A stretch of 64,000 nt of DNA from Acidimicrobiales bacterium (GCA_047638695.1 JBLINY010000005.1:28075-92074); one strand, 5' to 3'. Counted from the stretch's first letter, positions 35,767 to 45,519 are shown. The notes: generated by a model from the sequence alone, not told the origin. Translations and numbers: made by a program.

Positions 35767-35839
35767 AAGACCCCGGTTGCAGGTCGGCCATCCATGGCAA
35801 ACGATGCGACCTTCCTGGTCGCCAAAAGCTTCGGATCAC

Positions 35840-37018
35840 TTACGCCCTCGTAGTAGAGCGGGTCGGCGAATCTTGACGTCGGTTTCGGTTCGGGGAGCCG
35901 GGTGGATCGACATCATCTCGAATTGGCACCTTCGAGCTGGGAATGGTCACACGGTGCACGATCGAGTCGTCAACGCCGCGAGGACGAAGGACGAACGCCA
36001 GGACGATGGCGACGGCCTCGAAGAAGTCTTCCGGTATCGACTGTCCGACTTCGGCAATGGCATGAAGAGCTCGGGCGAGGGGAGGGGCTTCCACGATCGG
36101 AACTTGATCAATTCGAGCCCGTTCTCGAATGCGAAGGGCGAGCTCCTCTGTCCCCTTGGCCACAACAACCGGGGCCTTTCCGTCGTTGCTATAGGCGAGG
36201 GCAACCGCGTAGTGCTGCGGGTTGACGACGACGACGCTGGCGTCTTTGACGGCGGTCAACATCTGGTTCCTAGTCAGCTTGGCGTGGGCGCTGCGACGGC
36301 GGCCCTTAACCGAGGGGTCACCATCGGTGTTGCGATGCTCCTCTTTGACTTCATGCAGCGACATCTTTAGCTTTCGCATCGACTGCCATCGCTGGAAGGC
36401 GTAGTCGGCCATGCCGATCACCGCGCCGACCAATGCGCCAAGACGCAGCACCAAGACGAGCTGTCCCACCAGTAGCTCGGTTGAGATTCCGAGACTCAAC
36501 CCGCTGGCGAGCAGGTGATCACGGGCTGCGGCAAAGAGGGTGGTTGCGACCAGCACACCGAGAACTGCGAGACGCAGCACTGCTTTGGCCGTCTCGACGA
36601 CGCTTTGAACGGAGAAGATCCGTTTGAAACCAGCTTTCGGCGAGACCCGCTCCCATTTGGGCTTGAGCGGATGGCCGGTGATGACCAGCCCACCCTGAGC
36701 CGCCATGCCGATGATCGCCGTTGCCACGACGAAGCCAAACAACGGTAGCAAGCCCAGCACAGCATCGCGGACGACGTCCGACGTGCCCGACAGAACTGGC
36801 CCAGTCTCGCCCGATGCTGAGAGCTCAATGAGGCGCGCCGTTCCTGTGCCCGTCTGGCGCAGCAGCCTGGTGAGAATCGGGGGCAGGATGAAGCTCGCCA
36901 GCAACAACGTGATCCACTGGACTAGATCGACCGAGCGCGGAATCTGACCCTTCTTGCGGGCATCGTTGAGACGCTTCGGAGTTGGTTTCTCGGTCTTCTG
37001 GCTGCTGTCGTTTGCCAC
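35840..37018 (-). CDS. flhB: Flagellar export switch protein FlhB
   Basis: MANDSSQKTEKPTPKRLNDARKKGQIPRS is the canonical start. The autocleavage site reads NPQH (VVVNPQHYAVAL) rather than NPTH. There is a C-terminal extension of about 40 aa. Confidence 0.9.
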   Translation of the reverse strand: MANDSSQKTEKPTPKRLNDARKKGQIPRSVDLVQWITLLLASFILPPILTRLLRQTGTGTARLIELSASGETGPVLSGTSDVVRDAVLGLLPLFGFVVATAIIGMAAQGGLVITGHPLKPKWERVSPKAGFKRIFSVQSVVETAKAVLRLAVLGVLVATTLFAAARDHLLASGLSLGISTELLVGQLVLVLRLGALVGAVIGMADYAFQRWQSMRKLKMSLHEVKEEHRNTDGDPSVKGRRRSAHAKLTRNQMLTAVKDASVVVVNPQHYAVALAYSNDGKAPVVVAKGTEELALRIRERARIDQVPIVEAPPLARALHAIAEVGQSIPEDFFEAVAIVLAFVLRPRGVDDSIVHRVTIPSSKVPIRDDVDPPGSPNRNRRQDSPTRSTTRA

Positions 37019-37019
37019 G

Positions 37020-37784
37020 TCAACCGCCGATCAGTCCCGAGCCGGAGCGGAGCCCGACCTCGAGCAGATTCGAGGTGGCGTTGGCCAAGAGTGGAAGACC
37101 TACACCGAGGGCGAAGAAGAGCACCAGGGACTTGACGCCGAAGCCGATGGCCATGATGTTCATCTTCGGTGCGGCCCGAGTGGCGAGGGCCAGGGCCATC
37201 TCGGTCAGAACCAGGGTAGCTAGGACGGGGAAGCCGACTTCAAGGGCGGCGATGAGCAGTTGACTGGCGCCCTCGACGAGCGCCGGGCCGAGTAGCTCGC
37301 TGTTAACACCCCCAAGCGGTGCAGCTTCGTAGCTGCGCAGCACGCCTCTCATAACGAGAACGTGGCCATCGACCGCGACCAATAGAGCGAGGCTGACCAT
37401 CTGATACAGCCGGCCAACCGGTGCCGTTTGCGACTGGGTTGTCGGATCGTAGAGCGCGCCGGCGCTGAGCCCGGCGCTGAGATCGATGATTGATCCCGCC
37501 AGCTGGAAGGCAGCCATCAGTAGCTGAACAAAGAACCCGAATACCAGCCCGACGACTATTTGGGAGGCAATGGCCATGACAAGAGAAGGGATCTCGATCG
37601 GGATCGTCGCGGTATCGGCGGGACCGCCAGCCACCAGAATGCCCACGGCGACCGCAAGCCCAAGCCGAATCCTGGCCGGCACCATGCCTGCGTTGAACGG
37701 CGGGGCCACCGTGAGGGTGGCCATCGTCCGAGTTGCAACCAACAGAAGGGTCACGAGTGACTCGGTGGCGACATCGAGCTGCAT
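37020..37784 (-). CDS. fliR: Flagellar export protein FliR
   Basis: 254-aa polytopic protein between fliQ and flhB. Confidence 0.85.
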   Translation of the reverse strand: MQLDVATESLVTLLLVATRTMATLTVAPPFNAGMVPARIRLGLAVAVGILVAGGPADTATIPIEIPSLVMAIASQIVVGLVFGFFVQLLMAAFQLAGSIIDLSAGLSAGALYDPTTQSQTAPVGRLYQMVSLALLVAVDGHVLVMRGVLRSYEAAPLGGVNSELLGPALVEGASQLLIAALEVGFPVLATLVLTEMALALATRAAPKMNIMAIGFGVKSLVLFFALGVGLPLLANATSNLLEVGLRSGSGLIGG

Positions 37785-37801
37785 CGAGGGGGCTTAGATA
37801 C

Positions 37802-38071
37802 TCAGCTGATCAGGCTGGGAAGACTCAGAATCAAGGTCCGCGTATAGGTGACCATCTCCTGAACCATCCAAGGTCCGGTGAGAATCAGAACCACACCGAT
37901 GGCAGCGAACTTCGGGACGAAGGCCAATGTTGGTTCCTGGATCTGCGTGACCGATTGCAGGAGACCGACGAGCACGCCGACGACAATGGAGGTGATGAGG
38001 ATCGGTGCGGCCAGACGGGCCGCAATCCACATTGCACCTGTGACGATCTGCATGACATCTGCTTGGGACAT
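37802..38071 (-). CDS. fliQ: Flagellar export protein FliQ
   Basis: 89 aa. AAPILITSIVVGVLVGLLQSVTQIQEPTLAFVPK is the conserved FliQ core. Confidence 0.9.
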   Translation of the reverse strand: MSQADVMQIVTGAMWIAARLAAPILITSIVVGVLVGLLQSVTQIQEPTLAFVPKFAAIGVVLILTGPWMVQEMVTYTRTLILSLPSLIS

Positions 38072-38081
38072 GAACTTCCTC

Positions 38082-38930
38082 TCAGAGGTAACTGGCTAAA
38101 AGTGCTTCGATGATGAGCGACCATCCGCCAACGAGGACGAACAAGAGCAGCTTGAACGGAAGCGACACAAAGACCGGCGGGAGCATCATCATTCCGAGCG
38201 ACATCAAGACGCTGGCCACGACGAGGTCGATGATCAGGAAGGGAATGAAGATGACGAATCCCATCAGGAACGCTGTTTTCAGTTCCGACAGGATGAAGGC
38301 GGGGATAATGGTGGTCATTCCGACATCGTCGATCGAGTCCGGTCGGCCAGCAGGCGTCGCGTCCATCATCAACTCGAGTTCGGCACTCCGGGTATTGGCG
38401 AGCATGAACGTCTTCATTGGTCCGGTCGCTACCTCGTAGGCCTCCCCCTGTTCCATCTGGCCGTCGAGGTAGGGCTGAAGGGCGTCGTCGTTGATCGCAC
38501 TCAGGGTCGGGCCCATAACAAACAGCGAGAGAAACAGCGCCAGACCCACGATCACTTGGTTCGGTGGTACGCCCTGGAGACCGAGAGCGTTCCGCGTGAG
38601 GGAAAGCACAACGGCGATCCGGGTGAAGCTGGTAAGCATGATCACCAGCGAAGGAGCCAACGACAACAGCGATAGTCCAACGATGAGCAGCACTGACTGG
38701 CTCGGTTCGTCTCCCGTCACCGAGCCAATGTCGATGGTCAGGCCGTCGGTTGCCGACTCGGGGGATTCCTGAGCATTGGCGCTCGAGTTGGGGATGGGAA
38801 TTGTAGGGGGCTCCGGAAAGCCGGGTTCGGTCTGGGCGCTTGCAGCGCTACCGAGAAAGGCGATGAGCATGAGAGCCAGTACGAAACTGCGCCGCACAAG
38901 CGTCATCAATTGAACCTGAACTAAAGACAT
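38082..38930 (-). CDS. fliP: Flagellar export protein FliP
   Basis: Signal-like N-terminus. LTSFTRIAVVLSLTRNALGLQGVPPNQVIVGLALFLSLFVMGP is the conserved FliP core. Confidence 0.9.
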   Translation of the reverse strand: MSLVQVQLMTLVRRSFVLALMLIAFLGSAASAQTEPGFPEPPTIPIPNSSANAQESPESATDGLTIDIGSVTGDEPSQSVLLIVGLSLLSLAPSLVIMLTSFTRIAVVLSLTRNALGLQGVPPNQVIVGLALFLSLFVMGPTLSAINDDALQPYLDGQMEQGEAYEVATGPMKTFMLANTRSAELELMMDATPAGRPDSIDDVGMTTIIPAFILSELKTAFLMGFVIFIPFLIIDLVVASVLMSLGMMMLPPVFVSLPFKLLLFVLVGGWSLIIEALLASYL

Positions 38931-38951
38931 CGAGGCCTCAGGCCTCGGGAA

Positions 38952-39401
38952 TCAAGACTGTCTGACGGTCTTTTCCCGAAGGGCGTCTAGGACACTCATC
39001 CGTGCTGAACGGGGCTGTTGAGCCCATGGGAGGCGCGTCCTTGCGCCTCGATGGTCTTGCACAAGCGGCCCGGTCGGGCCGGCTTCTGCAGACGGGGGGT
39101 CCCCGTCATTTTCGTCGATTTCCTGATCGTCTTCCTCGAGCCAGAGGTCGTCGCCCTGGGCGAGGAGCTCGACTCGGTTGTCGCTGACGCCAACGAGTAA
39201 GTGGCGTTCACCGCTTCGTATCAGAGCGACGCTGGTGTTGCGGCCGAGTTGTCGTCGATCGAGTACCACGAGCGGGGTCGACTCTCCGCCTCGGTTACCC
39301 CGAAGCAGCGCTCCCAACCGGCCCGAACTTGCCCGAGCGAAGGCCCAGAGCATCACGCCCACGATGGCGAAGGAAGCAGTGATCCGCAGCGCAGTCAACA
39401 T
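38952..39401 (-). CDS. fliO: FliO/FliZ-like flagellar export protein
   Basis: Single N-terminal TM, then VVLDRRQLGRNTSVALIRSGERHLLVGVSDNRVELL. It lies between fliN and fliP. Confidence 0.6.
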   Translation of the reverse strand: MLTALRITASFAIVGVMLWAFARASSGRLGALLRGNRGGESTPLVVLDRRQLGRNTSVALIRSGERHLLVGVSDNRVELLAQGDDLWLEEDDQEIDENDGDPPSAEAGPTGPLVQDHRGARTRLPWAQQPRSARMSVLDALREKTVRQS

Positions 39402-40141
39402 GGCGTATCCGATGCGTCGATGATCTCGATAATTCGGACCGCGTACTCGTCGTCGACGACGACGACTTCGCCTCGGCCGAAGAGAAGGCCGTTCACCCGA
39501 ATATCCACCGGGGTGCCAGCTGGCCGGTCGAGCTCGACGACCGACCCGACGGCAAGGTTCAGCACGTGGGCCAGCGTTAACGATTGCCGGCCAAGCTCGA
39601 CCGTGACCTCCAGTAGGACATCTCGCAACCTGGTGAGATCTGCGTGTGGCGCCCTGGGTGGTGCGGTCGCCGCTCGAGCCCGACCAAGATCGGGTGCGTC
39701 TGCCGACATGGGGGCGGCCTCAAGATCGTCTTTCGCCAGGCCAGCAGCAGCGTCGCCGGTGTCTCGCCGATCCCATGACACCACGACGGCTCCCTCGACT
39801 TCGCCGGCCGACATCACGGTCATGATGTCAGCGTTCGGACCTCCAGGAGCTCTGAGCTCCCGAACCGAGTCGGCGACAACGGGGTCTTGGGCAATCAGTT
39901 CAGGGTGGGCCTCTTGAACGACTGCGACGAGGGTCTGAAGGGCCTCGACATCACGTTCGGTGGCAACGGCCACGATAAGGGAGGTGATTTCTTCGGCCTC
40001 GGCCGCGGGCACCATGGTGACCGACATCACCGGACCCTCTGGCGCCGCCGTCTCGGACTCTGGAACGAGCTGGAGCTGATGGCCGGCAAAAGCCTGGTCC
40101 AGGCTGCCCGGCATCTCATTTGTGGATTGGCTAGTGGTCAT
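39395..40141 (-). CDS. fliN: Flagellar motor switch protein FliN with a ~150-aa N-terminal extension
   Basis: C-terminal SpoA/FliN domain LLEVTVELGRQSLTLAHVLNLAVGSVVELDRPAGTPVDIRVNGLLFGRGEVVVVDDEYAVRIIEI. Confidence 0.85.
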   Translation of the reverse strand: MTTSQSTNEMPGSLDQAFAGHQLQLVPESETAAPEGPVMSVTMVPAAEAEEITSLIVAVATERDVEALQTLVAVVQEAHPELIAQDPVVADSVRELRAPGGPNADIMTVMSAGEVEGAVVVSWDRRDTGDAAAGLAKDDLEAAPMSADAPDLGRARAATAPPRAPHADLTRLRDVLLEVTVELGRQSLTLAHVLNLAVGSVVELDRPAGTPVDIRVNGLLFGRGEVVVVDDEYAVRIIEIIDASDTPC

Positions 40142-41085
40142 TGCGTGATCGCCCTTCCCATCGAGCCCTCGAGGGGATTGTCAACGTCGATGGTGTCGAC
40201 GATCTCGGCTACTAATTGTTGGCCTGCCCGCCCGAGCCGGACGATGAAGAGGTTCACTGTTCCCACCGAAGCAATGGCTGGGGAGTCAACGGCAACTCTT
40301 GTCTTGATGACATCACCCTCTTGGAGTTCGACAACCTCACCGGCCGTGAGATTGATTTGGCCCAGGTTCACTACAAAGGGGACCGGTACGGAGTTGAGGG
40401 CAACCGCGGCGTCGTCGTTGATGCTGTCGGGTACCACGACGGCGGTTCTTCGACCTGCGAGCCGGGCATCGACGGTGTCGGAGAATTTCTGAAGCGCCCA
40501 CAGCTGGAAGCCCAGGATGATTAGCCCGCCACCGCCGGGTCCTTGTACAACGAACTCGAGCCCGAGCCGGGCATCGGTTTCTTCGTCTCGCCCGCCAAAG
40601 ACGCCGCCTTCCTTGTCGTGGGTCGCGGCAACCGCACCCTCGATGAGGAGTGTGGTGGCTGCTGCTTCCAGAAAGGTGGTAGTGACGAGATCGAGCACTC
40701 GTTCTTCCACCGAGGTCAACTCACGGGGTTTGCCGGCGGGCATCGTCGAGCCGCCGAGCAGGCCGGTCACGAGCGTCAGGCCGAGCGAGAGCTCGGTCAG
40801 GATCGAGCAGGCCGGCTCAGTGTCGATGAGCGCAGAGGATGAGTCATACCCATCGGGCTCCTCAGTCAATGGTTGTCCGGGCTCGGCTTCGATCAGACGG
40901 GTTTCCTCGACAGTAAAGCCCGGCAACCAGTCGGCCAGCTTGGTCCCCATGTCCAGCGCGATCTGATGTGTGGCCTCCTTGTACAGGCTTGCTTTTTCGC
41001 TCGTCAGATTCGCCGATTCGCCAAAGGAATGAGGGCGGACCTCGTAGGTACTATGGACTGTTGACGACCTGTCTGTTCGGCTCAC
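40138..41085 (-). CDS. fliM: Flagellar motor switch protein FliM
   Basis: 315 aa, with its stop overlapping the fliN start. C-terminal SpoA-like VPFVVNLGQINLTAGEVVELQEGDVIKT. No LSQxEIDxLL peptide at the N-terminus. Confidence 0.75.
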   Translation of the reverse strand: MSRTDRSSTVHSTYEVRPHSFGESANLTSEKASLYKEATHQIALDMGTKLADWLPGFTVEETRLIEAEPGQPLTEEPDGYDSSSALIDTEPACSILTELSLGLTLVTGLLGGSTMPAGKPRELTSVEERVLDLVTTTFLEAAATTLLIEGAVAATHDKEGGVFGGRDEETDARLGLEFVVQGPGGGGLIILGFQLWALQKFSDTVDARLAGRRTAVVVPDSINDDAAVALNSVPVPFVVNLGQINLTAGEVVELQEGDVIKTRVAVDSPAIASVGTVNLFIVRLGRAGQQLVAEIVDTIDVDNPLEGSMGRAITQ

Positions 41086-41231
41086 CCGAACGAGTCTCGG
41101 GCCGTGTTCGGGGGACTATAAGAGAAGGTCGTCGATCTCGAGTCCGGCCCCGTTTTGGCCAGTGGTGGAGCGACCCTATTCAGGTTGATAGTTGGTGCGC
41201 TGGTTCGTTATGTCAGGTCGGTGTGAACCGA

Positions 41232-42248
41232 ATGGCGATCATGCTCCGCACCAAGACACCATCCAAACAAGGCAACGAAGCCACCCCTCGAACCTCGCCC
41301 GCAAGCGCAAAATCGACGGTGGCCCTCACCCCCGAGGAGGAGGCCATCGTCGAGAAGAACCTTCCGTTGGTCAACCACATCGTCGGCCGAGTCACCGAGT
41401 TCTTTCCGGCCAGCGACAACGAGGACGATCTGATCCAGGCAGGCGTCATCGGTCTGATCGAAGCGACTCGACGGTTCGATCCCGATTTGGGCTTCGCCTA
41501 CTCGACGTTCGTCGGCCGCCGGATCGAGGGTGCCGTGCGCGACCATCTCCGCAACATGGACTGGGTACCCCGTTCGGTCCGCAGAAAAGAACGTCTTCTC
41601 CACCAGACCGAAGCCGAACTGACGGCTTCACTTGGTAGAGCTCCGACTGACGCCGAGCTGTGTTCCGCCATGGAGATTGAACGAGTGCAGTTGCACAAAC
41701 TGCGGGCCGACATGGATAGGACGCGGCTCGAGTACATCTTCGAATGGGGTCGGCCTTCGGACGGCAACAGCCGAGAGGCCGAACTGCCCGAGCTCGTAGC
41801 CGAGCGAGGTCCGGGCACCGATGACCTCGAGCACACCGAGTTGATGAGTTATCTGCGAGAAGGCCTCGAGCTGTTGCCGCCGCGACATCGCACGGTGATC
41901 GTTGGACACTTTCTCGAGGGCCGTTCGATGACCGAATTGGGAGAATTTCTGGGAGTTACTCAATCGCGTGCGTCTCAGCTCAAGTCCGATGCTCTGGAGA
42001 TGCTGCGACAGGGCCTCGAGGCGAGCTGGGCCAACGAAGGCGGCGACGACGCCGGCCGCTCTACTGAAAATCTCGACAATCCCAGTAAAAGGGCGGTCAA
42101 AGGGGTAGCAGGCGACAACCTCCGAAGCAACGAAAACACCGACCGTCCGGAACCCAGCAAGCGACAGCAGGCGTACAACGAGGCGTTGACTTCAGCATCA
42201 ACGTGGCAGGACCGGCTCGAGCGAGGCCACGTGGTAGCTGCTATCTAA
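41232..42248 (+). CDS. fliA: Flagellar sigma factor FliA/WhiG (sigma-28 family) with terminal extensions
   Basis: Region 2 DDLIQAGVIGLIEATRRFDPDLGFAYSTFVGRRIEGAVRDHLR. Region 4 HRTVIVGHFLEGRSMTELGEFLGVTQSRASQLKSDAL. The start is taken at ATG 41232, because the upstream part of the track ORF is antisense to fliM. About 70 aa follow region 4. Confidence 0.85.
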   Translation: MAIMLRTKTPSKQGNEATPRTSPASAKSTVALTPEEEAIVEKNLPLVNHIVGRVTEFFPASDNEDDLIQAGVIGLIEATRRFDPDLGFAYSTFVGRRIEGAVRDHLRNMDWVPRSVRRKERLLHQTEAELTASLGRAPTDAELCSAMEIERVQLHKLRADMDRTRLEYIFEWGRPSDGNSREAELPELVAERGPGTDDLEHTELMSYLREGLELLPPRHRTVIVGHFLEGRSMTELGEFLGVTQSRASQLKSDALEMLRQGLEASWANEGGDDAGRSTENLDNPSKRAVKGVAGDNLRSNENTDRPEPSKRQQAYNEALTSASTWQDRLERGHVVAAI

Positions 42249-42289
42249 GTTGACTAACGCTGAGAGCGAGTCTGCCGAGACTCAACGGC

Positions 42290-42796
42290 ATGAGCACAAG
42301 CAGCAGGATTTCGGCCACTCTCGAGAAAGAGCTTGCTTCCATCATGTGGGATTATCAGGCAGCGCTCCGTCGTATCGAGACGCTGCTCGAGGCCCACTTG
42401 CTCTTCAGTCGTTCAGGGGCCGAGCATCGGCTCGCGACGGTTGCCGACATCATCGATGAGACGGCGACGATGGTCGGGGTTATCGACCTGCGCCGCGAGG
42501 TCGCTATGTGTCGGCTCGTCGAACCCGGAGAATCCGGGGCCACAATGTCAGATCTGGTCGAGATGTTGTCGGAGCCCTGGTCGACGGTGTTTGCTGACCA
42601 CCAGCGGACGATGACGCAGACGGTCGACCGGCTTCAAACATTGGTCAGTCAAAACCGAGCTTCGATGGATGCCACAATCAACCTGATTGCCCAGCTGATC
42701 GAGGAACCGGGAAACGTCCGGGATGGTGGCTATGACCAATCGGGTCAAGTGCTGCGCGCCTCAACGCAGTCGGTGTTCTTCGACGGTCTGGCGTGA
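42290..42796 (+). CDS. Hypothetical helical protein in the flgN/flgM position (FlgN-like chaperone candidate)
   Basis: 168-aa helical ORF directly upstream of flgK-flgL, as flgN is in Bacillus-type clusters. No diagnostic motif was recognised. Confidence 0.4.
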   Translation: MSTSSRISATLEKELASIMWDYQAALRRIETLLEAHLLFSRSGAEHRLATVADIIDETATMVGVIDLRREVAMCRLVEPGESGATMSDLVEMLSEPWSTVFADHQRTMTQTVDRLQTLVSQNRASMDATINLIAQLIEEPGNVRDGGYDQSGQVLRASTQSVFFDGLA

Positions 42797-42808
42797 TGGC
42801 GGCGAACC

Positions 42809-44203
42809 ATGGGTGACTTTTCAGCCCTCAATGCCGCGGTCACTGGCCTTTATGCTCACCGACAGCGCATTGATGTAATCAGCCAGAACATCGCGAACAT
42901 AGACACACCCGGTTATCACCGACAGGTCACTCACCTCCAGCCGATCGATACCAAAAAACCCGGCTTGTTCAGTGGCACTGGCGGCCAGCACGGCGGGGTC
43001 GACGCTACGGTTGCCCGTCGTTGGGACCAGTTGCTAGACACCAATGCCAAGGAGCAGCGACAGCGAGTCGGAAGCCTCGATACGCAGCTGACGACCATGG
43101 CAGGTCTCGAGGGTGAGATCGGGTTGCTGGGCGGCGGAGGCCTGTCCGATCGATTGGCCCAGCTTTGGGGCAGCTTCGACGACTTGGCAAACGACCCGGC
43201 GAACATGGCCGTGCGCAGCGTCGTGATCGGCAACGCCGACGGCGTTGCCTCCTCGCTCAATCACGACGCGAACATCATCGATACAACGCAACGGGCGGTC
43301 CTTGGCGAAGCGGAACTCCGAGTGCGCGAGGTCAACCGTCTCGCCAGCCAGATCGCTGAGCTCGATCGGGCCATCGTGTCGGCCGGCACCGGGAGCAGTT
43401 CAAGCCATGGGTTGCTTGACCGTCGAGACACCATGGCATCGCAGCTAATCGATCTTGTTGATGCCCAGATTTCGCATCAGGCCAACGGTCAGATCAGGTT
43501 GACGGTCGATGGCCACAATCTGGTTGCTGACGGTATTGCCAACGGACTTGTCGTCACGACGAGTCCTGATCCGGAGCTCGCAAGCCTTGGTTACGAGCAG
43601 CTTTCGATCAGCTCCGATTCCGGGCGGGTTCTGACGCTGCGGGGCGGCGAGTTGCACGGGACACTCCAGTTGGCGAACCATCTCATACCCGAGCAGCGTC
43701 GATCCCTGGACCTGGTCGCCGAGGAACTTGTTACAACCGTGAATGCTCTGCACCAGGCTGGCTACGGGCTCGACGGCTCGACCGGCAACGTCTTCTTCGA
43801 CCCTGCCGGGGTGCGAGCAGGCAACGTCGCCGTTTCGGCCGATCTTGCCGCCAATCCCGACCGACTGGCGGCTTCGGACGGGTCGGGGTCGCTCGACAAC
43901 AAAGTGGCCTCATCGATCGCCGCGCTGTCAACGGCCCAGACAGGTCCGTCGGCGCTGCACGCCGAACTCCTGACCGACTTGGGGAACGAGGTCCGAACGC
44001 TCCGGGGGCGCACCGAGACAGCGAGCCGCGCATCGGAGCACGCCGAGATGATGCGTCAGTCTGCAGTCGGGGTGAGCCTCGATGAGGAACTGGCCGACCT
44101 GGTTTCGGCTCAACGGGCCTACGAAGCCTCGTCACGGATGATTTCTACCATTGACGAGATGCTCGACGTCCTGATCAATCGCACCGGCCTTGTTGGTCGT
44201 TGA
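42809..44203 (+). CDS. flgK: Hook-associated protein 1 FlgK
   Basis: N-terminal ALNAAVTGLYAHRQRIDVISQNIANIDTPGY and C-terminal LVSAQRAYEASSRMISTIDEMLDVLIN. Confidence 0.9.
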   Translation: MGDFSALNAAVTGLYAHRQRIDVISQNIANIDTPGYHRQVTHLQPIDTKKPGLFSGTGGQHGGVDATVARRWDQLLDTNAKEQRQRVGSLDTQLTTMAGLEGEIGLLGGGGLSDRLAQLWGSFDDLANDPANMAVRSVVIGNADGVASSLNHDANIIDTTQRAVLGEAELRVREVNRLASQIAELDRAIVSAGTGSSSSHGLLDRRDTMASQLIDLVDAQISHQANGQIRLTVDGHNLVADGIANGLVVTTSPDPELASLGYEQLSISSDSGRVLTLRGGELHGTLQLANHLIPEQRRSLDLVAEELVTTVNALHQAGYGLDGSTGNVFFDPAGVRAGNVAVSADLAANPDRLAASDGSGSLDNKVASSIAALSTAQTGPSALHAELLTDLGNEVRTLRGRTETASRASEHAEMMRQSAVGVSLDEELADLVSAQRAYEASSRMISTIDEMLDVLINRTGLVGR

Positions 44204-44227
44204 TACCTCTCTTGAAAGCAGGTTGCA

Positions 44228-45127
44228 ATGCAGCGCGTAACGAACCTCGGTAGCTCCAACGCCATGCGTGAGTGGATCGCCTCATCGGGGCGACGGCTCG
44301 CAGAGAGCCAGGAGGACATTGGTTCTGGTGTTCATTTCGATCGGTCTTCAGAGGCTCCAGCCGCCGCGGCCACCGTGTTGAGAAACGAACGGACCGTGGG
44401 GCGGCTCGGACAGCTCGAGCGCAACATCGATGACGCGAAATTGTGGCTGCAGACCTCGGACACGATCATGAACGACGTGGTCGCGTCGTTGACCAGAGCC
44501 CGTACCTTGATGGTTCAGGGAGCCAACGAAGTGAACTCGCCGGAGGCGCGAGGCGCAATTGCGGCCGACATCAGGTCGATTCGCGACGAGATGCTCTCGC
44601 TGGCGAACTCCACTGTGAACGGTCGGCCAATTTTTGCCGGCACGGCCAATATCCCGCAGTCCTATGACGCCGCCGGCAACTACCTCGGAGACGACGGCGC
44701 TGTTCTACGCTCGGTTACCACCACCGACTCGTTCTCAGTGGCAGCAACCGGCCCGTCGGTCTTCGGTGACAATAATCCGGCCGACCCGCTCAACGGCTCC
44801 CTTTTTGAGCGCCTCGAAGCAGCAGCGGCTGCAGTCGATGCTGGCGATGTGGCCCAAGTTCGCCAGAGCATCGAGTCAGCAGACTCGTCCATGAGCACGG
44901 TGCAATCGCAGATCGGCCGCCTCGGCGGCCTGTCGAACCGGTTGGAAGAGGTCGCCTCGCGGAATCAAGTCGGCCAAATCGACCTGAAGTCGCAGATCAG
45001 CCAACTCCAAGACGTCGATATGGCCGATGCCATTCTTCGACTTCGGTCGGCCGAGTCGAGCTATGAGGCAACGCTCTCGAGCGTCAGCCGCAGCCTGAGT
45101 CGCTCGCTGCTCGACTTCCTGAGCTGA
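44228..45127 (+). CDS. flgL: Hook-associated protein 3 FlgL
   Basis: Flagellin-like termini (MQRVTNLGSSNAM... and ...AILRLRSAESSYEATLSSVSRSLSRSLLDFL). It follows flgK. Confidence 0.8.
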   Translation: MQRVTNLGSSNAMREWIASSGRRLAESQEDIGSGVHFDRSSEAPAAAATVLRNERTVGRLGQLERNIDDAKLWLQTSDTIMNDVVASLTRARTLMVQGANEVNSPEARGAIAADIRSIRDEMLSLANSTVNGRPIFAGTANIPQSYDAAGNYLGDDGAVLRSVTTTDSFSVAATGPSVFGDNNPADPLNGSLFERLEAAAAAVDAGDVAQVRQSIESADSSMSTVQSQIGRLGGLSNRLEEVASRNQVGQIDLKSQISQLQDVDMADAILRLRSAESSYEATLSSVSRSLSRSLLDFLS

Positions 45128-45237
45128 GTCTCGATCAGCCCTCACGATTCCTAGCCGCGACCCGAGACTCTCCAATCACGGTCCATGTGCGGTCAACGAC
45201 TGCACGGCGGTGGAGCGTGCGAGCGGGAGGAATGCAC

Positions 45238-45519
45238 ATGATCATCGTCACTCGACTGAATGGCGAGCGTTTTGGCGTAAACGCGGACCATTTGGAGCGA
45301 GTCGAGGAGATGCCGGACACCGTCCTAACTCTTCTCGACGGACGTAAGTACATCGTTCAGGAGTCGCTCGACCTGGTCATCGACCTGGTCGTCCGTTATC
45401 GGGCCGACATTCTTCGGATCTCCTACAGATCAACCGACATCAGGAATGGCGATGAATCGTCGCTCCGGCTGGTCGAGCGGAACAAAACCATCATCGGTTC
45501 TGGCGAAGGTGAGCGGTAA
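45238..45519 (+). CDS. flbD: Flagellar protein FlbD
   Basis: MIIVTRLNGERFGVNADHLERVEEMPDTVLTLLDGRKYIVQESLDLVIDLV is a canonical FlbD. SD GGGAGGA lies 7 nt upstream of ATG 45238. The stop overlaps the motA start (TAATG). Confidence 0.8.
   Translation: MIIVTRLNGERFGVNADHLERVEEMPDTVLTLLDGRKYIVQESLDLVIDLVVRYRADILRISYRSTDIRNGDESSLRLVERNKTIIGSGEGER

Noticed and set aside
35414-36370. A 318-aa plus-strand ORF spanning the flhA/flhB junction.
   Set aside because: It is antisense to two strongly supported flagellar export genes and has Ser/Arg/Thr-rich shadow composition.
40968-41231. N-terminal extension of the fliA ORF.
   Set aside because: It overlaps the fliM 5' end in antisense and has no sigma-factor similarity. 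The ATG at 41232 precedes the recognisable region.
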